The notes beneath the pieces were generated by a model that searched no databases, had not been told where the DNA came from, and was given only the letters and a program-made list of their open reading frames with translations. The position numbers and the translations under genes are program-made. From the NCBI RefSeq assembly GCF_000143415.4, contig NW_003314284.1, forward strand, positions 788,693 to 852,692: DNA of 64,000 nucleotides, read 5' to 3'. The stretch comes from Selaginella moellendorffii. Lineage: Eukaryota; Plantae; Lycopodiophyta. Below are positions 23,761 to 36,596 of the stretch, one piece after another; position 1 is the stretch's first letter; every line of letters starts with the position of its first letter.

Positions 23761-26700
23761 TTATGATGTCGAAGGAAACCAGGAGCTTACTGTACCATTG
23801 GCGCGTCCACTTCCATGGAACCCGGCCGTGCCGTTGCTGCTCGGCCGCGCCACGGCGGGCAGTCCGAAATGCCTCGGCGGCGGCGGAGGAGCAGCGTGCA
23901 AGTCACCGCGAAGCGCCATCTGGAGAGCTCTCACTTGCCTCAGCCCCTCGTCGTGTATTCTCGCCAAAATCTCCAGCTCGCCAAAGGAGAGCGTCTCCAG
24001 GCCCACGCCGTAGAGAGGCGCGTGCATGTGGAGCTCCTCTCGGATCGACGACTGCAGGCTCTCGACGCGTTCCTGCGCAAGAGAGCTCGATCAGAATGGA
24101 CGTGACAAAATGAACTGTAGACGACGTACCTGTAGTGCCTGGTTTGTAGTGTCCATGTTGTGAGCATACGATTTGTACTGACTTATCTGTAGGTCCTTCC
24201 CACGGCTGTCTTCCTCGGATCGCTCTAGCGCTTCCTTTAGTTTGCGGATATCCTCTTCCTGCGACCGGCACAGCTCGTCTCGCGTGACAGACTTTGCCGA
24301 TAGACGGTCGAACTCTTCGGCGTAGTTTGCACACACGGCCTCCGTGGACTTCAGTCTTTCGGCAAGCGCGGTCTTCTCTTTCGTAATCCTCTGTAGGAGA
24401 GAAAAAGATACGTCAGCACTGCATAAACTTTTTGTCGAAAGACGAACCTTTAGATCGTCGCGTTTGCGTTTGAATTGCGATATCTGGGACTCAGCGTCAC
24501 GCAATCGGTCTTCAAGACGCTTCCGTTCAGACGCATGGCTGGCTTGTTCGTCTTCCCGCTCTGAACGAGACCACTCGAGCTGGCTCTCGGTGTCTCTCAA
24601 CCGCTCAATCGCCTCATTTTTATCCCTCGACAAACGCTCTATCTCTCCCTTCAGCTCTAACTGAAAAACAAAAAACAAAAACATCAAACTTAGAAACTCG
24701 ACATGCAAAAAGAGACCGCACCTTAACCCGCAACTGTCCAGCCTCAGCTTCTGAGAGACGCTGCGAAAGCGAAGCCTTCTCTCGTGCAAACCGGGTGACT
24801 TCATTTTGCTTGTCACTCCGAACCTTCGCAAGCTCTTCTTCGCGGGCAGACAGCTGCTGCCGAATTGAAGCGCACTCGACGTTTGCTTGTTGTACCGCTT
24901 TACGCATCATACGCAGAACGGTAGGCACTATCTTCAACTCCTTCCCTTCCTTCCCTTCCTCCTGCTTGACTAAAAGCGTCAAAATGTTCATCTCTAGCTG
25001 ATCATCGTCCCCACATCTACTGCTGTTCGTCGCACGTTCTACAAGACCCCGAACCATGCGTTCCCGCAAGCCGTCATCGCAGTATAACTTGAACATGTCA
25101 GTGTACAAAGTGCTGACAAATTCACGAACCTTGGAATCCTTGGAGCTGGATATTGCCTTCACGAGTGCCAGAAGAGCCGTAAACATGCAGTCCGGACTTG
25201 ACGTTGAGTCAGGGCTCCGTGAGGCACTGCCTGCGTCCCTGGAATCCTTTGCCTTCCCAACCCGTCGGATGCATAACACCTTATACACAGAAGAATTACT
25301 AATGGTACCCCTTGCCACCACCCTCTCGATCAACCGTTGAGCTTCTACTACGAAAGGAGAAACGTTGAGCATCTCCAACAAAATATCTACATCTGCGATT
25401 CTTGCTGCGTCGCCCTGTCCCCCATAACCAAAAACTGAAAGACCGTCGCTATCACTGCATTCACTATCTGCGTCGATGTCCCTAAGTAATGCTTCTCCCA
25501 CACCAGGACAAGTGAATATCATGTCTCTTACTACCTCAAGAACCTTTGGAGAAACACTAGTCCCTAGCATCTTGAGCCTCCCTCGCACGGCTTTCACCTG
25601 TAGCATTAAACCACTAAATCAGGTTCACGACAAAAGCTGGTCTTACCGCTTGCGGAAGTTGATAACACTTGGCGGCAGCTTTAAAAATGTATGTGATAAT
25701 GGTAATCAGAGCCTCGTCTTCAGAGTGGGCAAAAATCCGCAGCGCGTGCTGGAGGATTTGTTCCCAAACTTCCGTATTCAGATCAAGTTGGACCAATGCC
25801 CCAAGACCCTGCAATAAAGAGCGATAGAAACAATGTATGGAGAGACTTAGCACCTACCGCTAGACGCAAGTTGATGTCCGTGTCCTTTCTTTGAAGCCAA
25901 TCTAAAAGTGTGGAAGCGACCGATTGATGTTCGGAAGGATCCACAAGTTTAGAAACGAGCGCCAGGAGATCGTGTTGCAGGTATTTCGGAGCCCTCTCTA
26001 AGACCAAAGCCATCTTCTGCGCAGACTGTGGTCGTCTCCTTGGTTCTGGACAGCCTTGTGGAACAGCCCCATCTAAAGCTCTCAAGGAGTTCACGATCAG
26101 CCGAAAGAGCTCTTCCGATTGTTCAGGCCATCTTAGCTTCTCGAATCCACAGACAATGAGTGGCCATGTTAGTGATCCAACAGAAAATTCAAGACTAGCT
26201 TACCTCGTTTGAATGGATTACTGATGGCTCTGATTCAGGTACTTGAGCGACACTTTTACCATCTATTTCACAGCTTTGTACCGCTTGTAGGCAGCCAATG
26301 CCATCAGCAGCGTCGTCCAGCCTCTGGTTGAACACCCTCTGTGCAGAATCCTCTTCATTCAAAGCAGCAGTGCCACCTTCTCTCGAGTTGAGATCAATCT
26401 TGGCACTCTCTGGAACCGCTTGAAGCTTCCCATTCTGACGGTCGTTATGCTTCTTCGATTCTGCAGGCTGGCAGCACTCCACCATTATATCCAGCAGAAG
26501 ATCGACAATGGCCTGTTGAAGCACCTTGACTCCCATAAACAGGTTCATCAAACTAGGAGAAGTTGTCGCCTCTTTACCATTCCCCAGCTTGCACGAACTT
26601 GCGACCGTGGAGACTTTAGCGGGTAAAAGCAGACGTTTCACCTTCACCGGATCGTCCAGATATACACGGAGATCAGTTAGAAATGCTGCGACTGCTCCTG

Positions 26701-29125
26701 CGTCCATGGAAACTTTTTCCCGGGGATCGAGAAGCCGCTGAGGATTGTCACCGTAGCTCATATGAAAGCCTGCTCTTGCAAGTAAGTTCCTGAAAATATC
26801 TTCTTCGTCTTCGCTGCTACCGTCGGAGTCGTCAGACTCCAGTAACTCATCCGGATCAGTCGAAAGAGCATCTTGGTCATCATCGGAGACTAAAACCTGC
26901 AACACCACAGCATGATTTGCTAAAAACGACAAGTAAACATACCTCCAAATCCGAGAACTCAAACCACGGGCAACAGTCCAGAATCTCGCAAACAAATACG
27001 ATCGTGTCACGCATCATAAACCCACCGTCTGGCTCCACCATGTCGGAAACCTTCATAAACTGGAGCACGGAGTTATTCCACGTTTTTGTACAGATGGAGG
27101 ACTCTTTCCAAACAGTTCGATCGGCGTGTTTCTGATTTACGACCGCCATACGGTACCGGACCCAGAAATTGCGGTCAGGATCGGTACCAGGGGACTGATC
27201 GCTCTCCAAATAAATGCAGAGTGTGTCAAAAGATTCGTAAACACCTGTTCATGCAGCCAGGCACATTGTTGAATAAACGAAAGTATAATTCCAAAGTTAT
27301 GCGTACCGATTCGAAGTTCGCAGCCCCCAGCCTGGAAAAACTTGCTGAATATCTTCCGAGTTTCCATGATCTCTTTGAAAGCCAAAAAGTTCTCAACTCT
27401 CCAGGTAAACATCCCCTGGTTAGCTCCACATTCCATCCCATTGACACCTGACTTCCCTTCACAGTCGGGAGTGATCATTGATGTCTCCTTCAAAATTAGT
27501 ACTTCTGCAGAAAATGTGACCATGTCCTGAACAAGAAAACCAGAATCCTGGTCGAAAAGGTTGGTGAGTGTGATAAACTCACGCCACCCCCAGTCCTTAG
27601 CAGCCTTACAATATCGGTTCTGAGACTCCTTGATAACGGAGCGCTCCTCACGATGATTAACCACAGAAAGGCGGTGGCTAACGAAACAGCTCCAATCTGC
27701 CGACGAATTTCTGGAGTCCGTAACCTCCAGAAACATAGAAAGGTGGCAGGGCGGCTGCGATTGTCCTGCATTTTACAAAAACACGTCAGGTCGTAGAGCA
27801 GAGATAAACAGTTACATACCTCGAGGATAGACAATAAGGCGACAGTCCCGATTGCCAACTTGAAATCGCTTGCTCTTAATGCAAAGCCCCGTGATCCTCC
27901 GCTTCTTCAGCAGATCTTTGAGCTTGGTAAAGTTCTCGATCTTCCAAAGAAACTTCCCCTGGTACCCGTCACTCTTCCTCACGGAGCGGTTGCCGATGGG
28001 CGTCTTGACAAAGCTGCTCGACTCTTTTATCACGTGGAAGGACGCAGTAAAAGTCGCGGAATCGTCAACGAGGTAGCCCATCTCCGGAGCCATGAAATCG
28101 GAGATCTTCATATAGTCGTTCCATCCCAGGCTGGTGTTGTCCCCACTCTTGTTGTCCCCGGCAAAGCGCCCATACGAGTCTCTGTGCATGTGGCTCAGCC
28201 CGGGCTTCTGGTTTAGCACCGACATCCGGAAGAGGCACCAGCAGCTCCGCTCCGACGAGGACGACGTCTTCTCCGTGTCCTTGCTCTCGAGGCACATCGA
28301 CAGGTACTCCACACCGCCAACCGACGACTGATAAACGCTGAGCCGGAGGTTGCATTCCCCGGCAGTGAACACGGGGCTCATGATCTTCTGCGTCTTGATC
28401 ATGTCCCGGAAGAGCGACAAGTTCTGGACCTTCCACGTAAACTTGCCACTGAGAGCCTCCGGCGGGGGAGCCAAGAGGAGGTCGTTGTTGTCGCGGTTGA
28501 AGCTCGTCACCTCGCTGAGGATGAGGATCTCCGTCGTGATGAGCACCGACTCGTTGACAAGAAACCCGCTCTTGGGATCCAGCACCACGGTCGACGGCGT
28601 GAAATCACACCATCCATGCGACTTCTTCTTCACGGAGAACCGGTGCCACGAGTCCCGCTGGATGGACTTGCTCTCGTCGCGCTGGTTGACGACGCAAAGC
28701 CTGTAGCTGGCGAAGCAATCCCACTTTGACGATGACGAGGGATCGGTCACCTGGAGATAGATGGAGAGGTATCCGGGAAGGGCCTGCGAGTCGCCGCGGG
28801 GATAGACGAGCAGCCGGCAATCGTAGCCCCCGACCTGGAAGTACTTGCTCCACAGCGAGCGGGCCTTGACCTTGGAGAACTGGACGATCGTCCACTTACA
28901 CACCACCGCAAAATCGCCCCGCCGCTCCACCACCACGGACTCCTGCCCGCCCTCCCGCGGCTGCTCGTCGCTAGCGCCGTTGTCGCCACCCCGAGCCGCG
29001 CGAGATGACGCCGAGACGGACGAGCTATCCATGGCGCCGCCGGCGTCAGCCGCTGCCAATCGCTGCTGCGCCACCGCCGCCGCCTCCTCATCCGCAGGAA
29101 TCAAGGCCGGCGCTGGCTTCTTCAT
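23761..29125 (-). CDS. Large multi-MATH (TRAF-like) domain protein with C-terminal coiled coil, multi-exon
   Basis: Four MATH-type units (CKWTIVQF..FQVGGYDCRLLVYPRG; FTWKVQNL; FLWKIENF; FTWRVENF), an acidic linker, WPEQSEEL, coiled coil, and HAPLYGVGLETLSFGELEIL; GT-AG introns. Confidence 0.9.
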
Positions 29126-29516
29126 CGCTTCCGCGGACCGCACTGGAATGCCGAAGAACCCTAGAATGCGGGCGCCTCGCCGCTTACCCTATGCTCGCGC
29201 ACGAGCTCCAGCGATGGATTACTCAGCTGACGTAGCCTATAATCCCTGGAAATTCGTCGCGGCGCCGCGCGAGCTGGAGCGCGCATCAATCTCGCAATCC
29301 CTGGCCACGAATCCGAGATATCGATTGGAGGCGCTATCGGCGAGCGTCGTCGGCCTCCTGCCGCAAAAGAGCGAAAAAAATGAGAGCTCGTCGTCGCCGG
29401 TTAACCTAACCCTAAAATATTTCCACATGAAAAATATGCCGCGTTTATTATTCGTCACTAATTGTACAATGTTGGAAAAAGGGGACCAAAACTGTGAGAG
29501 CAAAGATATTTCCTTT

Positions 29517-32500
29517 CTAGCCGAGCAAAAACTCACACTCGTGGAGACGAGTGAGTATTTCATCGTAGCTTGGCCTCTCCTGTGGGTTCTCTTGCCAGCA
29601 ATCTGGAAGACAGCGTTAAGAACCCCACGAAGAACACAAAGATCAACCACGAAGAACACAAAGATCGAAGAAAAATCCTCGAGATCTTCTTACCAGCGAT
29701 GAGCTTTCCAAGGAGGCCTTGAGGAATTTCCAGACGGGATCGTTTCACAGAGACTTCGTGTACGACCTGGAAGGAAGAACAAGGAGCTAAGTTTCGCGAA
29801 ACAAAGAGAGGAGTAAAGAGTTACTTGCCTGTAAAGGCTGGACACCATCCCACGGCTTCTTCAGAGTACACAGCTCCCACATTATCACTCCCAGGCTGAA
29901 TATATCGCACTTGTAGGAGACGGGTTCGTTGCGAAGGAGCTCCGGAGCCATCCATTCGGGCGTGCCAGCGGCAGTCGTCTCTTGGATAGGAGTCCCGGTG
30001 GTGAGCCGCGATAAGCCGAAATCACATATTTTCACGCACCAGTGCTTGTCCACTAAGCAGTTTGCGCTCTTCAAGTCCCGGTGGATGATGTTCATGCGTT
30101 GGACGCACATCATCCCCCTGAATAAATCACGGCGTCTCTGCGTTAGAGAGTAATAACCAGTAGAGGGAAAGCGCGAAAGATACCTGCAGATATCTCGTAG
30201 CATTTTCAGTCTTCTTCGCCAGCTTAGCTTCTTTCCTTGTCCGCTCATATGGATGAGGCGATAGAGTGAGCCCATATGCATGTATTCGGTAACCATTGAC
30301 AGGTGAGGAGGACTCGTGCATGCTCCCATGAACAAGATGACTGTGAGTAAGCATATCAGATCAACGACAAAGAAAGAGATGAAAGCACTTGCCATTAGGA
30401 TGCCGTAGCCGGCTGTTCATGTCCAGGTAAAATCAAGGTTAAGAGGATATAGGAAAATGAAAGAATGCAACTTGCCTCAAGAGAGAGATCTCGTTGAAAA
30501 AATCTTCGGTGTTCTCTCGTGTAAGGTCTTGCTCAAGCATGACCTTCACAGCAACCTCCGTACCTCGCCAAGTCGCACGAAAGACTTCACCAAAAGATCC
30601 TGTGACATTAACTTTCTAACATCAAGGACGGAGAAAATGTAACACGCTTGAAGTTACCAATCCCAATACGAATGCCGATACGTAGCTCCGTGAAGTTAAT
30701 AGTCCACTCTGTGTACGGCATTATCGGATGATTTGGAAGGAGTTCATTGATTGAGGTAGAGGATCCGCACTCCTTTCCAAAATCTCTAGAGATCCTAGCC
30801 GGATCACTAGAAAACGATTGTGTAGAAGATGAACTTCCACACAGCTTTAATGAATTCGGTTCGCTAACAGCTTCTTCCTGTGGGAGACTGTTAAAAGTCA
30901 TACTATAAAAGAAGCAGCTAACCAGTCTTGCTTGAGCTTCCTGCTCGCTCGCTTTTTTCCCTTGTTTAACTACCTCGTTGATAGCACGCACGACCCTTTT
31001 AAAATTCAAAAAATAAATCATCAAATAAAAAGTCGAATTCTACCTCACTACGTCATCGCTGATTTCAGGAGCATTTGTTCGTTTCCTAACTCTTCGAGTC
31101 TCCGAAGAACTGGTTATTCTTTCAGCTTCTCGAACGCAGAATGACGAAGAACGCCTCCTAAAGTTGGAGACCGATATATTTTCATGCTGGGGAGAATTAT
31201 CAGGACTGCAAAAACTTAAAAGTGTTATGAAAATTCTGACGCGAGAGACTACCTGGATGTACTTGTTGTTCGCTCTTCATCGGGAAGCCTTCTACTACCA
31301 CTCAAAATTGATGGTGCTCGTATTCTCACACCGGTTTCTGGACTACTGTTAAGATCAAAACAAAAGAATGAGAAGGAAAAGATTAGTCTATGTCTGACCT
31401 CGAATTGCTGCCGTCTTGAGATTTAATAGGCCGGAAAGAACGAAGGCGAGCCTGGGGATGCTCTGGACTGTGTGATACATAAATGACAAAAGTTAACTAA
31501 AGAAAAACAAAAGTAAATGATCATACCACCTTGAGGGAAAACTTCGAGCACCGTCCACCATATTATGTCTCCTCTGAAAATACTTTACTTCGGATGGAAG
31601 TTCAGGACTGTCAAAAGCCATTCACTTTGTAGTTAAAAATTACTGCCAACAATGTCAACTCAAATTTGAACTGGAACCGACGTACAGTTCAATGCACACC
31701 TTGATTTGTTCCCACGGTCATCAGACATGCTTTTCCTCCGGTTATGACGGGACAATAGGTTGTTCACGTCCGGCTCGCTCTGAGAGGGGCTAGAAGCAAG
31801 AAAAAAAATATTTAAACTGCATCGCAATATATGAAGTTACCTTTCAGGTGGACCGAAAAAAAGAGGACTGTTAGGCTCGAGTGGAGAATCGCACGAATCG
31901 TACTCTGTAGAATCGCTATCCCCAGGTCCAGAAATATGGTACATGACTAAAGCTTTAACTGTGAAGGATCTCAAGAGTCCCGGATGGCGCATCACATCTA
32001 CAAGCAACTCCTTCCCGTTTAAATGCACAACGTTTGTCAAATGTCGTCTTGGATTCGAACATATCAATGACGTGCTGGGAACAGAATCCAGTTGCAAACC
32101 CTGGCAAAAGAGAGAAAACGTTAAGCCGCAATATGAACAGCATAAGAACATACCATCAAAAGACGGCTCTTTAGTCCAATAGCATCTGCAAGGTACTTGA
32201 ATAGCAGCGCACGTGGACGGCACAAACCTACTTTAACTTGACTTAGCAAAGTCACACCCGCGTCTGAGCTTATCTCCTTTGAGTAGCCTGTTTCAAAGAG
32301 AGGACCACCATAGAAGTCCGCAACCTGCAAGAAGCTCTTTCAGATGTTGCTTCAAGAAGTTAAAAAAAAAAGCATTACCATGCCAGCAACTCTTCGAATG
32401 GCGTCTGCACTGTTCGGGTCGACCTCCTTGACAATCTCAAGGCAAAGCTCCTTCAATCTGACAAGCAATTTGTCCCGTCTAGGATCCACCAGGATAACAT

Positions 32501-33118
32501 CCCAAATCGCACAATCAGCATCGCGTAGTTCCGCCACACTAGGAAGCGTCGGGCGGCGAACCTTCGCGTTATCGTGCTGCAAAAAACACAAAACCAAAAT
32601 AGCTTCGCACGAAGTTCACAAACTTACAAACTTACGGGAATGATCGAGAAAAAGCCATCCGGCAGCACGCTGTCGAACTTGTCCAGCTCCCACATTTCCT
32701 GTGACGCGTTCTGAGGTGACGAGTTGTCACGATCGGATACTGCGTCTGCCGCATGCTCGACCGGAGAAGAATCAAGACTCACGCGTTCCATCCGCTCCAC
32801 CAAATCCACTAGCAAAGGAGGAGGCGGTGCGTCCTCCGACTCCTGCTAAAGCATGGAACAACAAAGAAACGCTCACATCAAAGAAACTAAGAACAGGAAA
32901 AAAAACAAGGAAAAAAAAAAAAAAAAACTAGTGTATAGTGTACATACCTCTTGTTGCTCGTCCGTGTTTTCCTCCAGCGCTGCTCGTACCCATCCTATAC
33001 CCCAGAAGAACGAAACTCAAGGAAAAGAAAAGAAGAAAAACAAACTACCCGGCTCCTTGAAAGTGGAGTATTGGCCTGGTTCGAGACGAGCCTTGATCTT
33101 GGAGAGGAAACCAGACAT
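29517..33118 (-). CDS. Raf-like MAPKKK (group B1-like) with N-terminal EDR1-type domain, multi-exon
   Basis: LPDGFFSIIP, DVILVD, GLCRPRALLFKYLAD; kinase motifs GIGSFGEVF, HRDLKSAN, DFGLSR, GTPEWMAPE; ends DCWQENPQERPSYDEIL. Start codon uncertain. Confidence 0.9.
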
Positions 33119-34540
33119 GGGCAACGCCTAAGCATTCCCATCCTCCAAGAACCATCCACTGTAACACTGGCGACGGCATCCTTTCCACGGCGAGAAGCTG
33201 CGATCCATGTCGATGCGAGCGAAGAATCCCGTCACTGGCAATGCGGATTCCTCACGATCGGCCGATCTGCGCACAAGCAGCCAAGGCGAGGCGCATCAGA
33301 CGCTGGCAATCAAACGGCTACAAGCGCAAGAGGACAGATGGAGCGGCGATCTTTCTCTCTAGCACAAGAGAGAGGATCTTCCGAGAGAGGGAGGAGAGAT
33401 TGAGGAGGCGGAGGAGACCTGGCAGGCAGCCACAATCGCGCGCCCCTAAACGCGACGCGTAGCCTAGCGCCAAGAATTTTCCCTCTCCCTCCCCTAGATC
33501 GTAGGGCTCCACAAACAAGAAGGTGAAAAGAGAGGCTCCGCTTACCGCGATCTGGCGCCGCGAGCAAATTCCAATGCTCGAATCGATTCGCCGCCGCCGG
33601 GCCCCCGGATGGATCGATCGCCGCTTTCCTCTACCTATGGCGCTCCCGCGATGCGCCACACGGGAGAAGGCCAAACACCACACTCGCAATACTTAGGCAT
33701 TTACTTCAGGGTTGTCCCCATTTCCACACATGAAATTAAAAGCCTTGAATGGAGATCGATCCATCCACCACCATTTTTATTTCTCCAGCTCTCCTCTCTC
33801 TCTCTCTCTTGTTCGCTTGGGAGTCTCTATCGCGACCTCCACTCCGCCATAGCTCAGAGCTCTCTTCATCCTTTTATTTTCTCTTCTTCTTCTCCTCGCT
33901 CCTTCTATTCACCGGGCCTTCTTTCGTTGACGAAAACCACGAACCACCGAGCCTACGCTGCTGTTTCCACCATCTCGTTATTCTTCTTTTTTCCGCGTGT
34001 CTGTCTTCTTCTTTTCCTTCTTCATGGCCGACCGATCAATCTCTCCAAAAAATTTCCCCCTGTGCGCAAGGACAAAAACAGAGACCCCGAGCTTATCAGT
34101 CTTATCAGAGTACGAACTAGTAGCAAAACAAAGATCGAAACTCGCCCCTGGAAAGAAGAATCGGGAAACAACTCATACCTTTTTTTTACATGATAGACTG
34201 CTTGAACCAATCTCTCTCGCCGATTGGATTCTTCCCGGCCCATCCAATCGTGTAAGAAATGGCTGGCTGGCCGGCTGGCTGGCTTGATCTGATAGAACGC
34301 TACCGAGTGTGTGTGACTTTCTTTTTCAATATATATTTTTTTGCTCTGAATACTCGTACGTACAGCCACTGCTGCGTGAGTGAGTGTGTCCAATCTGCAC
34401 ATAGCTGAAAAGCAGTGGACACCCCATCACGGGTGACACCCATTAATAATAACTTTGAAAGGAACGACCCAGTACCAAATTATCTGCGAGGAAAGAACCG
34501 CATTACTCTGGAGGGCCTTTGCCGGCCTGCTCGCTTTGGT

Positions 34541-36232
<1,692 letters not shown>

Positions 36233-36596
36233 AGCTACAGGCCCACTGAGCCGCTTGGAGCTCTTCCTAGGGCTAGAGGGTTTAGCAATACCCTGTTTTA
36301 CCTTAAACCCGGCGCGAATTAAGCGCCTCCAATTTACCATTGTAAAACTCCCATCGCGGTCTCCAAGGCAGAGCTAGACATTGGTAAAAACAAAGCTTTC
36401 ATCGTCAAGATCGACCTTCCATTTGTTTTGCGATATGATGATGAGGACCACTCATTGAGACAAGGGCGAAGGCATATGAGCTTTCATTATAATGGAATCT
36501 TTCCTATTTGGTCAAACAAAACAGCGCTTAAACATTCTCGGCATCTTTTAAATATTCCAGGGTTTTACTACCGTTATGGCCAGTTAGGGTTCTAGC

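Noticed and set aside
28845-29702. 285-aa plus-strand ORF
   Set aside because: Antisense to the MATH first exon and the kinase last exon; GC-rich with no recognisable domain.
34231-34260. Hairpin as a miRNA precursor or terminator
   Set aside because: The 9-bp stem is far too short and I recognised no conserved plant miRNA sequence.
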